Shown: positions 20,123-28,972, counted from the first letter of the stretch. The stretch is DNA of 64,000 nt from an uncultured Pelagibacteraceae bacterium (GCA_902594395.1 CACJLZ010000001.1:41551-105550); one strand, 5' to 3'. Notes: a model not told the origin generated them from the sequence alone. Translations and numbers: made by a program.

Positions 20123-21300
20123 TGAGTTTATATAATCTTTCTGACAAAATAGTTTTTAAAATATTAAAAGATATTGAATATGGTTATTTAGAAATAACAA
20201 AATATAATGGAGAACTTTTAAAATTCGGTAACTCACAAAGTCCCCTCAAAGCAATTCTGAAAATCAAAAAACCTAATTTTACTTTTAATTTAATTAAAGG
20301 TGGAAGTGTTAGCTTTGCAGAGTCTTATATGAAGGACGAATTTGAGACTGATAATTTATCTAATTTAATTGAGATCACTGCAAGGAATATAAAAATAATA
20401 TATAAATTTTCTGGTTTACTAGATTTTCCAATTATTAATTACTTAAAGAATAAGTTCGTAAAAAATACTAGAGTAAGAAGTAAAGAAAATATTTCAAAAC
20501 ATTATGATTTAGGAAATGAATTTTTTGCTCTTTGGCTCGATAAGACCTTAACCTATTCAAGCGCAATATTTGATGAGCGAAATAAAGATCTATCAAATGC
20601 TCAAAATAATAAATATCAAAAACTAATCGATTTAATAAAACCAAATAATGGAGATAAGATTTTAGAAATCGGATGTGGTTGGGGTGGTTTTGCTGAATAT
20701 TTAGGTAAAAAATATGATGTAAAATTAGACTGTATCACCATTTCAAAAAAACAGTTTGAATATGCAAAAAAAAGAATCCATGAGTGTGGCTTGAATGAAA
20801 AAGTAAATATTGAAATAAAAGATTACAGAGATTTAAAAGAAAAATATAACTCAATAGCATCAATTGAAATGATAGAGGCTGTTGGTCAAAACTATCTAGA
20901 AAGTTATTTTAAAGCGATCAAAAATAATCTATCAAATGATGGAAGAGCAGCTATACAAGCTATCACTATAGATGACAGTATGTTTGATAGATATAAAACT
21001 AAACAAGATTTTATTCAAAAATATATTTTTCCTGGAGGATTTTTACCAAGCAAAGGAATTATTAATAAGTACGTTTCCGAAAATGGTTTAACTATTAAAT
21101 CTTATGATTCTTATGCTGATCATTATTCTAATACATTATTTATGTGGAAAAATGAATTTAATAAGAAATGGGATTTAATTAAAAAACAAGGATTTGATTT
21201 AACTTTTAAAAGAATGTGGGAATTTTATCTCTCGTATTGTGAGGCAGGATTTAAATCAAAAAATATTGATTTAATTCAATTTTCACTTCAAAATAAATAG
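20122..21300 (+). CDS. cfa: Cyclopropane-fatty-acyl-phospholipid synthase family SAM methyltransferase (possibly UfaM-type)
   Basis: NISKHYDLGNEFF, LEIGCGWGG, SIEMIEAVG, YIFPGG, WEFYLSYCEAGF. Confidence 0.9.
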   Translation: MSLYNLSDKIVFKILKDIEYGYLEITKYNGELLKFGNSQSPLKAILKIKKPNFTFNLIKGGSVSFAESYMKDEFETDNLSNLIEITARNIKIIYKFSGLLDFPIINYLKNKFVKNTRVRSKENISKHYDLGNEFFALWLDKTLTYSSAIFDERNKDLSNAQNNKYQKLIDLIKPNNGDKILEIGCGWGGFAEYLGKKYDVKLDCITISKKQFEYAKKRIHECGLNEKVNIEIKDYRDLKEKYNSIASIEMIEAVGQNYLESYFKAIKNNLSNDGRAAIQAITIDDSMFDRYKTKQDFIQKYIFPGGFLPSKGIINKYVSENGLTIKSYDSYADHYSNTLFMWKNEFNKKWDLIKKQGFDLTFKRMWEFYLSYCEAGFKSKNIDLIQFSLQNK

Positions 21301-21315
21301 AACTATGGTGCACTT

Positions 21316-21864
21316 ATGATCAAAATTATAAATATTAAATCAATTTTATTGATAATTTTTCTTTTCTTAACTACAAACTGTTCACAAAATAGTGCAATGA
21401 AACCAGAAGATTTTAAAAATAAAGAGCCAAGACTTATAATTGAGAATTACTTATCTGGTAATGTAAAAGCTTGGGGTGTACTTCAAAATAGATCTGGAAA
21501 AGTAACTAGACAGTTTTCTGCTGACTTAAATGGTCAATGGGACGGAAAAAAATTAATACTTGATGAAAAATTTAATTGGGATGATGGTGAAATACAAACA
21601 CGACAATGGCAAATAACAAAAATTGATGACAACAATTACGAAGGCACAGCAGGAGATGTTGTAGGAAAAGCAAAAGGGTATTCTTATGGTCCTGCTTTTA
21701 AATTTGAATATGTTTTGTTAGTTCCAGTCAAAGGAAAAGAAATGAAAATTACTTTTGATGATTGGATCTTTAAACAGGATGATCGAGTTGCTATAAACCG
21801 TGCAACAATGACTAAATTTGGGATAAAAGTTGCAGAATTAACAGTTGTATTTGTAAAAGATTAG
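21316..21864 (+). CDS. DUF3833 family lipoprotein
   Basis: Lipobox-like TTNC, AWGVLQNRSG, LDEKF, TAGDVVGKA, FDDWIF, KFGIKV. Confidence 0.85.
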   Translation: MIKIINIKSILLIIFLFLTTNCSQNSAMKPEDFKNKEPRLIIENYLSGNVKAWGVLQNRSGKVTRQFSADLNGQWDGKKLILDEKFNWDDGEIQTRQWQITKIDDNNYEGTAGDVVGKAKGYSYGPAFKFEYVLLVPVKGKEMKITFDDWIFKQDDRVAINRATMTKFGIKVAELTVVFVKD

Positions 21865-22119
21865 TTATTTCAGTAAATCTTGAAGTTTATTTTCTTTTTC
21901 TAAAGCCCTGACTTCATCATAGCCACCAATATGCTGGTCATCAAAAAAAATTTGCGGGATAGTTCTTTTGCCGTTCGCTTTTTTAATCATCTCATCCATT
22001 GCACCATCAACTGCTGCAATATTAATTTCTTTAAAGGGAGCATTATTTCGAGTAAGTAATCTTTTTGCAGCATCACAATAATTACAAAATGGTCCTGTAT
22101 AAATCACAATATTTTTCAT
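21865..22119 (-). CDS. grxC: Glutaredoxin 3
   Basis: CNYC active site, RTIPQIF, HIGGYD. Confidence 0.93.
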   Translation of the reverse strand: MKNIVIYTGPFCNYCDAAKRLLTRNNAPFKEINIAAVDGAMDEMIKKANGKRTIPQIFFDDQHIGGYDEVRALEKENKLQDLLK

Positions 22120-22122
22120 ACC

Positions 22123-22419
22123 TCAAAGATAGTCACCTTTTTTCAATTTACTAGTAATTAGTTTTCTAGAATATTCAAATTTCTTTCTATGTTTGATACT
22201 TTTTTGATTTACTCTTTTTCTCCACAATCTAAATGAAGAAGGTTTAATTGACCTTCTCATTATTTTGATAACATCAGACTCCTTATACCCAGTTTTTTTC
22301 TCAATTTCCTCAAAAGTGATACGATCTGCCCAGGCAGCCCAAATGACCCAATCTGGATCTTCGATATTTGGCTCTGGATTTTTGACTCGGGTGATTGGCC
22401 TGTGACCTTTTTTTTTCAT
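22123..22419 (-). CDS. TIGR03643 family protein
   Basis: AWADRITFEEI...ESDVIKIMR...SSFRLWRKRV signature. Confidence 0.85.
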   Translation of the reverse strand: MKKKGHRPITRVKNPEPNIEDPDWVIWAAWADRITFEEIEKKTGYKESDVIKIMRRSIKPSSFRLWRKRVNQKSIKHRKKFEYSRKLITSKLKKGDYL

Positions 22420-22482
22420 AAATCCTTTAAATTCAAAAAAATCTTTAATGCAATTTTTTTTAAGTTTTGATATACTAGTTTA

Positions 22483-22546
22483 GATAGTCCTTCTTAGCCA
22501 TCTTTAGCTCCCGGTTTTTAAGGACTATCCCATAAGCGCTCCCCTT
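22483..22546 (+). ncRNA. Candidate small structured RNA (strand uncertain)
   Basis: Relatively GC-rich island in an AT-rich gap; 10-bp stem GATAGTCCTT/AAGGACTATC; extended -10 TGaTATACT at 22468-22476. Confidence 0.5.
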
Positions 22547-22572
22547 GAATATTTTAACATTTTTGAAGTTAA

Positions 22573-23331
22573 TTATTTTTTCTGATATTTGGTGAGTTTT
22601 CCAATTAATCCGAAATAAATTTTATTTGGTAAAAAACTCAAAATTTTTAAAATCATTGTTAAAGATTTTGGAAAATGAATCTCAAAAGAATTTGTATTTA
22701 CCAAACCATCGTAAATTTTTTCTGCTGCGTATTCAGGTGTTTTCAAAAAAGGCATTTTGAAATCATTTTTATCAGTCATCGGAGTTTTAATAAAACCTGG
22801 TGAAACTAAACATACACGTACATTTGATCTTCCAAAATCAAAATATAAACTTTCAGCAAGATTATTTAAAGCTGATTTTGATGGTCCATATCCTGTTGAA
22901 TTAGGTAATCCTCGGTAACCAGCAATTGATGAAACAATAGTAATTGTTCCATCTTTTTTATTTTTAAAGTATTCTTCTACTGCTTTAATACTATTTAAAG
23001 TTCCAAAAAAATTGACATTAAAAACATTTTCAATTTGCTCTACATCAATATCTTTTTCTTTTTTTGGATCCCAAGTTCCCGTAGAAAAAAAACAAATATC
23101 TAAGTTTTGAAATTTATTTATTATTTGATTAAAAACTTCTTTACAATTTGATTTATTGGTAACATCTAATGGAAATGAACTTATATTTTCATAATTATTT
23201 GAAATTTCCTCTAATAATTGCTCACGTCTTGCAGAAATTGCAACATTCCATCCTTCATTAGCAAATTTTATAGCTAAAGCTTTTCCAATTCCAGTACTTC
23301 CACCAGTTATCCAAATAGTTTTTTTATTCAT
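22573..23331 (-). CDS. Short-chain dehydrogenase/reductase (SDR)
   Basis: TGGSTGIG, SSIAG, YGPSK (YxxxK), PGFIKTPMT. Confidence 0.92.
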   Translation of the reverse strand: MNKKTIWITGGSTGIGKALAIKFANEGWNVAISARREQLLEEISNNYENISSFPLDVTNKSNCKEVFNQIINKFQNLDICFFSTGTWDPKKEKDIDVEQIENVFNVNFFGTLNSIKAVEEYFKNKKDGTITIVSSIAGYRGLPNSTGYGPSKSALNNLAESLYFDFGRSNVRVCLVSPGFIKTPMTDKNDFKMPFLKTPEYAAEKIYDGLVNTNSFEIHFPKSLTMILKILSFLPNKIYFGLIGKLTKYQKK

Positions 23332-23355
23332 TTTATAAAGATGTATAATACTTAT

Positions 23356-23823
23356 ATGTTAAAAAATAAATTTTTATCATTAATTCTTTTTTTTATAATC
23401 ACTTTTTCCGCGTCATTTATTGCAGGTTTAGTCTCAATTAGCTTTAAAGAACCTTGGTATTCTAGTCTTGTGAAATCAAATTATAATCCACCAGATTGGA
23501 TATTTGCACCCGTTTGGACAACACTTTATGTGATGATGACATTAGCTATTTGGTTCTTTTGGCACAGTAAAAAAAGAGATGTAAATACAATTTACATTTA
23601 TTTTATACATATAGTTTTAAATGCAACTTGGAGTATTATTTTTTTTGGATTACATCAAATATTTTTTGCATTGGTTGTTCTTGTTATTTTGATAACTTTC
23701 ATAATAGTCCTGATTATTAGATTTAAACGTGTCAATTTTGTAAGTTTTTACTTAATGATTCCATATTTACTTTGGTGTTTCTATGCATTAATTCTTAATT
23801 ATAACCTGTTGGTATTAAATTAA
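23356..23823 (+). CDS. tspO: TspO/MBR tryptophan-rich sensory protein
   Basis: WYSSLVK..NPPDWIFAPVWTTLY, LNATWS, PYLLW; likely start 23356 (TATAAT 6 nt upstream), alternative 23341. Confidence 0.92.
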   Translation: MLKNKFLSLILFFIITFSASFIAGLVSISFKEPWYSSLVKSNYNPPDWIFAPVWTTLYVMMTLAIWFFWHSKKRDVNTIYIYFIHIVLNATWSIIFFGLHQIFFALVVLVILITFIIVLIIRFKRVNFVSFYLMIPYLLWCFYALILNYNLLVLN

Positions 23824-24927
23824 ATGGATGATATTGTAATAGTCGGTGGTGGAATTATTGGTGCAGCGACAGCTTATTTTCTATCCAAAGAGGGAAGAAA
23901 AGTAAAAGTAATTGAAAGAGACCCAACTTATAAATCAGCTTCTTTTCCTCTTTCGTTAGGAGGTTTTAGAAGGCAATTTTTTCAAACCGAAAATATTCTG
24001 TTAGGAAAGTTTGCTAGAGAATTTATTTTTCAAATACCAGAATTACTTAAAACTGAAAAAAATCCCAATCCTACGGCAAGCATGGTTCCAAATGGATATT
24101 TATTAATGTTTGGCCCAGAACATGCTGAGGAACAATATAAGGCTCTAGAAAATCACAAAGCCTGTGAGGCAGGTACTAAGAATATTAAAGGTTCTGAATT
24201 AGATAAATTTTTTCCCTACATTAATAAAGAAGGAATAGAAACTGCTACATTTACTGACAATAAAAGTGAAGGATGGATTGATCCTTTCCTTTTTCACACA
24301 GCATTAAAAAGTAAAGCAATAGAGCAAGGTGCAGAATTTGTTAAAGGTGAAGTTAAATCTTTATCGGAAATTAATGCTAAAACAATAGTTTCTGCTGCTG
24401 GATGTTGGACAAAAGAATTATTGGAAGATATTCCAGTTGAGCCTCAAAAGCACACAGTCTTTAGAGTTAAGTGTCCAAAACATATTCCTGAAATGCCATT
24501 AACTGGAGATTTAACAACAGGAGTTTATTGGAGACCTGAGGGTAAAGAGTATTTAGCTGGTTCACCAAAATCAGTTTTTGATGCCACAGATCTCGAACCA
24601 GCTTGGGATGATTTTGAGGAATTGGTTTGGCCCGCTTTAGCTAAAAGAATTACTGCATTTGAAGAATTGAAGTTAACTGGTGGTTGGGCAGGTTATTATG
24701 ATTGTAATAGATTAGATAATAATGCTGTTGTCGGAAAACATCCTAAATTTGAAAACGTATACTTAGCAACTGGCTTTACGGGAAGAGGATTGATGCAAGC
24801 ACCAGGAATTGGTAGAGCTTTAACAGAACTAATTACAACAGGCGCTTATCAATCGATTGATATTTCAAATATGGCAGTAGAAAGAGTATTAGGTGCAAAA
24901 GCAAGACCAGAACCTTACGTGCTATAA
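23824..24927 (+). CDS. FAD-dependent oxidoreductase, DAO/sarcosine oxidase-beta family, FOXRED1-like
   Basis: GGGIIG, ERDPTY..S..LSLGG..QF, EGWIDP, WAGYYD.N..D.N.VVG.HP, ATGFTGRGLMQAPGIG. Confidence 0.85.
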   Translation: MDDIVIVGGGIIGAATAYFLSKEGRKVKVIERDPTYKSASFPLSLGGFRRQFFQTENILLGKFAREFIFQIPELLKTEKNPNPTASMVPNGYLLMFGPEHAEEQYKALENHKACEAGTKNIKGSELDKFFPYINKEGIETATFTDNKSEGWIDPFLFHTALKSKAIEQGAEFVKGEVKSLSEINAKTIVSAAGCWTKELLEDIPVEPQKHTVFRVKCPKHIPEMPLTGDLTTGVYWRPEGKEYLAGSPKSVFDATDLEPAWDDFEELVWPALAKRITAFEELKLTGGWAGYYDCNRLDNNAVVGKHPKFENVYLATGFTGRGLMQAPGIGRALTELITTGAYQSIDISNMAVERVLGAKARPEPYVL

Positions 24928-24937
24928 AAAATTCTAA

Positions 24938-25639
24938 ATGCAAAAAATTTTTAATTTTTTTCCTCTCACAGTCTATAAGTCGACACTCTCGCTTTCAGAA
25001 AATGAAAAAAATGAAATGATTGAAGAAGTTAGATTAATGGAAAAAAAAAGTAAAAATTTAGATTATAAATCTGCAACAGGAGCTTGGACAGGAGATACTC
25101 AAGGATTTGAGTATTTGCACAATAATCTAAAATTTAAAAATTTATTTATTCAAATTAATAATTGTATTTTAGAATATTTAGAAAGTTTATCAGTAAACCA
25201 TACAAAGCTTGATCTTTATTTTCAAAGATCGTGGGCAACAATTTCAAAAAAAACTGAACATATTGATAATCATTCACATGATCAGTCGCATCTTTCCATT
25301 GCATTTTATTTAAAGAAACAAAAAAACGATGCTAAAATCATGTTTTTTGATACTTCTAAGCATAATGAATTTATTCCTCAATTATTCGACTCAAGATCAT
25401 TAGCAAAAGAAAATATTTTTAAAAAGCGAGATATTTTAAATTCAAGTAAAGTTGTATTTGATACTAAAGAAGATGATCTGTTGATATTTCCCTCAAAAAC
25501 AATTCATGGCACAGAACAAGGAAAGTCTAATTCTGAAAGGATATCAATATCAGCAGATATAGTATTTTTAGCAAAAGACTCATCAACACTTGAACATTTA
25601 GTCCCTCCAGTCGAAAATTGGAAAAAATTTTCTAATTAA
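24938..25639 (+). CDS. Putative 2OG-Fe(II) oxygenase (TIGR02466-like)
   Basis: FFP N-terminus, SW, HSH, LLIFPS..HG, RISIS. Confidence 0.78.
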   Translation: MQKIFNFFPLTVYKSTLSLSENEKNEMIEEVRLMEKKSKNLDYKSATGAWTGDTQGFEYLHNNLKFKNLFIQINNCILEYLESLSVNHTKLDLYFQRSWATISKKTEHIDNHSHDQSHLSIAFYLKKQKNDAKIMFFDTSKHNEFIPQLFDSRSLAKENIFKKRDILNSSKVVFDTKEDDLLIFPSKTIHGTEQGKSNSERISISADIVFLAKDSSTLEHLVPPVENWKKFSN

Positions 25640-25648
25640 TTAATAAAG

Positions 25649-27103
25649 TTAAGTACCACAAAAAGTTTTGTAATCTTTGAAAGAGGTGTCCATTTTCAGA
25701 TAATCTGAAATGTTTTCTTGCAGTGTATATGGTTTCTTTAAAATTTCTAAAAGCTTATTAAATGAGTCAAGATTGTTGTTGTTAGCTTTTTCTAACAACT
25801 CCTCAATTTTATGATTTCTTGGTATTAAAAGAGGATTAACACTTCTCATTAAATTTATATAATTTTCTGAAGTATCATTATTTAATTTTAATCTCTCTTG
25901 CCAATTTTTTTTCCAGTTTTGAAAATTATTATCTGTATATATATCATCATCATAGTCTCTAAGTTTCATCAAATGACAAAAGGTATTTGTGTAGTCTACT
26001 TTATTTTGATGCATCCAAGTGAGCAAATCAACAATCAAAAATTTATCTTTGTTATCCTCACCTGATAATCCAAGTTTATTTCTCATCATATTCAGCCATT
26101 TTTCCTCATATTTTTTGCCAAAAGTATCAATTAACTCTGTTGCACTTTTAATCGCCTTATCCTCATCTTGATCAATTAAAGGGATTAAACACTCAGCAAA
26201 TCTTGAAAGATTCCATTTTGTAATAGCTGGTTGATTACAATAAGCATATCTTCCCACTCTATCAATTGAGCTAAAAACTGTTTTTGGGTCATAGGTATCC
26301 ATGAATGCACATGGACCATAATCGATTGTCTCACCAGAAATTGTCATGTTATCAGTATTCATAACACCATGAATAAATCCAACACGCATCCAATTAACTA
26401 CAAGATCAATTTGTTTATCTATAAGCACGTTCAAAAGGTCTAAAGCTTTATTGTTTGAATTTATTAGTTTTGGATAATGTCTTTTAATCACATAATTAAG
26501 TAAAATTTCTAACTCATCTTTTTTATCACGTGCTGCAACATATTGAAAAGTTCCAACTCTAATATGACTTGAAGCTACTCTCGTTAAGATAGCACCTTGC
26601 AATGGAGTCTCTCGCATTATTTCCTCACCTGTTTTAGCTACTGCTAAACTCCTTGTTGATGGAATATTTAGGTGATGCATCGCTTCACTAATTATATATT
26701 CTCTTAACATTGGACCCAGTGCAGCTCTGCCGTCACCATTTCTTGAAAATGCTGTTTTACCTGATCCTTTAAATTGAATATCGTATCTCTCATTATTTTT
26801 TGTTAAATGCTCTCCTATTAAAACTGCTCTTCCATCTCCTAACATTGTGAAATGTCCGAATTGGTGACCAGCATAAGCTTGAGCAATAGCATTACTCCCC
26901 TCTGGAAGAATATTACCAGTGAATAAAGCTGCTAATTCATTTTTGTCGATTTTGGAAAAGTCCAAGTTTAATTCTTCAACTAAATCTTTATTCATTAAAA
27001 CTAACTCAGGGTTTTTTACGGCAATAGGTTCAATATGTTCTTTAAATACATCAGACAATCTTGAATAAGAGTTATCGAAATTCCAATTCATATTATTCTT
27101 CAT
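25649..27103 (-). CDS. selO: Protein adenylyltransferase SelO/YdiU
   Basis: YAGHQFG, LGDGRA, KGSGKT..SR.GDGRA, HGVMNTDN, IDYGP, C-terminal TFCGT; start more likely 27103 than 27151. Confidence 0.94.
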   Translation of the reverse strand: MKNNMNWNFDNSYSRLSDVFKEHIEPIAVKNPELVLMNKDLVEELNLDFSKIDKNELAALFTGNILPEGSNAIAQAYAGHQFGHFTMLGDGRAVLIGEHLTKNNERYDIQFKGSGKTAFSRNGDGRAALGPMLREYIISEAMHHLNIPSTRSLAVAKTGEEIMRETPLQGAILTRVASSHIRVGTFQYVAARDKKDELEILLNYVIKRHYPKLINSNNKALDLLNVLIDKQIDLVVNWMRVGFIHGVMNTDNMTISGETIDYGPCAFMDTYDPKTVFSSIDRVGRYAYCNQPAITKWNLSRFAECLIPLIDQDEDKAIKSATELIDTFGKKYEEKWLNMMRNKLGLSGEDNKDKFLIVDLLTWMHQNKVDYTNTFCHLMKLRDYDDDIYTDNNFQNWKKNWQERLKLNNDTSENYINLMRSVNPLLIPRNHKIEELLEKANNNNLDSFNKLLEILKKPYTLQENISDYLKMDTSFKDYKTFCGT

Positions 27104-27108
27104 AAAGT

Positions 27109-27684
27109 TTATTGACTCCAGATTCTTTTTAACAATTCCTCTCTTCCACACGCTTTTTTATATCTAAGATATCTTTCTAATTTAATCTTATAAAAATCTT
27201 GATGGTATTCTTCCGCCTTATAAAATTTTTCAAAATTCCTAATGTATGTAACAACTTTTTTGTTAAATTTATTTTGTAAATCTTTTATGTCTTTTTCTAT
27301 TAATTTTTTTTCTTCTTCATTTTGATAGAATGCAACTGATCTGTAACTATATCCTTTGTCACAAAATTGACCGTAAGCATCAAATGGATCAATATTAACC
27401 CAAAAATTTTCTAGTAACTCCTCAAATGAAATAACTTTTTTATCATATATTATTTCTACAACTTCAAAGTGACCAGTATTTCCATACGTAACTTCTTTGT
27501 AGGTAGGGTTTTCAGTAATACCTCCAGAATAACCAGAAATTACCTCTTCTACGCCTTTTAATTTTTCAAATGACTCTTCAACACACCAAAAACATCCCCC
27601 AGCGAAATATGCCTTATTTTTTTGAGCAGAATATGAAAAATTTAAATTAATAAAAAAAAAGAAAATTATGAAAAAATACTTCAT
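27109..27684 (-). CDS. msrA: Peptide-methionine (S)-S-oxide reductase MsrA with signal peptide (periplasmic)
   Basis: FAGGCFWC, SGYSGG, GQFCDKG, AEEYHQDFY, CGR; hydrophobic N-terminus. Confidence 0.95.
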   Translation of the reverse strand: MKYFFIIFFFFINLNFSYSAQKNKAYFAGGCFWCVEESFEKLKGVEEVISGYSGGITENPTYKEVTYGNTGHFEVVEIIYDKKVISFEELLENFWVNIDPFDAYGQFCDKGYSYRSVAFYQNEEEKKLIEKDIKDLQNKFNKKVVTYIRNFEKFYKAEEYHQDFYKIKLERYLRYKKACGREELLKRIWSQ

Positions 27685-27726
27685 TAATTATCATAAACAA
27701 ATTCGTTATGATAAGTCCAGATTTTT

Positions 27727-27754
27727 AAGGTAGCTACTTATAAGTAGCCACCTT
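27727..27754. terminator. Stem-loop downstream of fdh
   Basis: AAGGTAGCTACTT-AT-AAGTAGCCACCTT inverted repeat; no clear U tract on the fdh strand, so it may be a stabilising hairpin. Confidence 0.55.
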
Positions 27755-27772
27755 TATTAATTATATTTAAAA

Positions 27773-28972
27773 TTATTTTTTTTTGTATTTTGCTGCTTCT
27801 TCGGATCCCCCAGTAGCTGACCCTTTACTGTATGAGTGAGCACCCATACCAGCTAACTGACCATCTTTTACAATCAAATATTGATTTCTAATTTCTTTAC
27901 CTTCGAAGAAACATTCTAGTATTTCTCTAACTCCATCAGCATATCTTGATTGAGCTGTCAAAGATGTGCCAGAAGTATGAGGTGTCATACCATGATGAGG
28001 CATAGTTCTCCATACATGATCATTAGGTGCTGGTTGAGGAAACCATACATCTCCAGCATATCCACTTAATTGACCACTCTTTAATGCTTTTGCGATTGCA
28101 TCACGATTACAGATTTTTCCTCTTGCAGTATTTACAATGTAAGCACCTTTTTTCATTTTACTTATCATTGCATCATCAAATAAGTTCTCAGTTTCAGGGT
28201 GCAAAGGACAATTAATTGTCACCACATCACAAACTTTGACCATTGATTCTACAGACTCATGAAATGTAAGGTTCAATTCTTTTTCAACACTGTCAGGTAG
28301 TTTATGTCTATCAAAATAATGCAAATGAACATCAAACGGTTTCATTTTTCTTAATGCATCTAAACCAATACGTCCTGCAGCAACTGTTCCAATGTGCATT
28401 CCTTCAACATCGTACGATCTTTGTACTGCATCTGCAATATTCCAACCACCTTCATTAACGATTCTATGTTGATTGTGGTAATCTCTTACCATTGAAACAA
28501 TCATCATAACGATATGTTCAGCGACAGATCGAGAATTACAATAAGTTACTTCTACAACATCAATTTTATTATCCATTGCAGCTTGCAAATCAACGTGATC
28601 TGAACCAATTCCAGCTGTAATAGCCATCTTAAGATTTTTTGCTTTAGCAATTCTCTCTTTTGTTAAATAATATGGAAAGAAAGGTTGAGAAATAACAATG
28701 TCAGCGTCAACAATATGTTTGTCAGCTTCACATCCATCACCATCTTTACTATTAGTAACCACTAATTCATGACCGTTGCTCTCTAAAAATTTTCTTAATC
28801 CAAGTTCACCTGATACACATCCTAGCAATTGTCCTGGAGTGTAATCTCTTCCTTTAGGGGATGGTAAAGTCATTCCATCTGGATATTTCTCTATTTTAGG
28901 TAATTCTGAAAGTGCATATGATTTAGGCATTCCACCTTTTGGATCATCATATAATACGCATAATATCTTCAT
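27773..28972 (-). CDS. fdh: NAD-dependent (metal-independent) formate dehydrogenase
   Basis: LLGCVSGELGLRKFLE, ISQPF, TAGIGSDHVD, AAGRIG, HYFDRH, NTARG, GDVWFPQP, TPHTSG; AGGAG RBS. Confidence 0.96.
   Translation of the reverse strand: MKILCVLYDDPKGGMPKSYALSELPKIEKYPDGMTLPSPKGRDYTPGQLLGCVSGELGLRKFLESNGHELVVTNSKDGDGCEADKHIVDADIVISQPFFPYYLTKERIAKAKNLKMAITAGIGSDHVDLQAAMDNKIDVVEVTYCNSRSVAEHIVMMIVSMVRDYHNQHRIVNEGGWNIADAVQRSYDVEGMHIGTVAAGRIGLDALRKMKPFDVHLHYFDRHKLPDSVEKELNLTFHESVESMVKVCDVVTINCPLHPETENLFDDAMISKMKKGAYIVNTARGKICNRDAIAKALKSGQLSGYAGDVWFPQPAPNDHVWRTMPHHGMTPHTSGTSLTAQSRYADGVREILECFFEGKEIRNQYLIVKDGQLAGMGAHSYSKGSATGGSEEAAKYKKK

Noticed and set aside
22483-22546. Possible tRNA, SRP, 6S or known riboswitch identity for the structured element
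   Set aside because: No cloverleaf or T-loop, no SRP core, too short for 6S, no aptamer consensus recognised; kept only as an unknown RNA candidate
25649-25700. Selenocysteine recoding in selO
   Set aside because: C-terminus is Cys-containing TFCGT ending in TAA; no in-frame TGA or SECIS
27688-27714. CIRCE element
   Set aside because: 9-9-9 geometry matches but the arms are not TTAGCACTC/GAGTGCTAA
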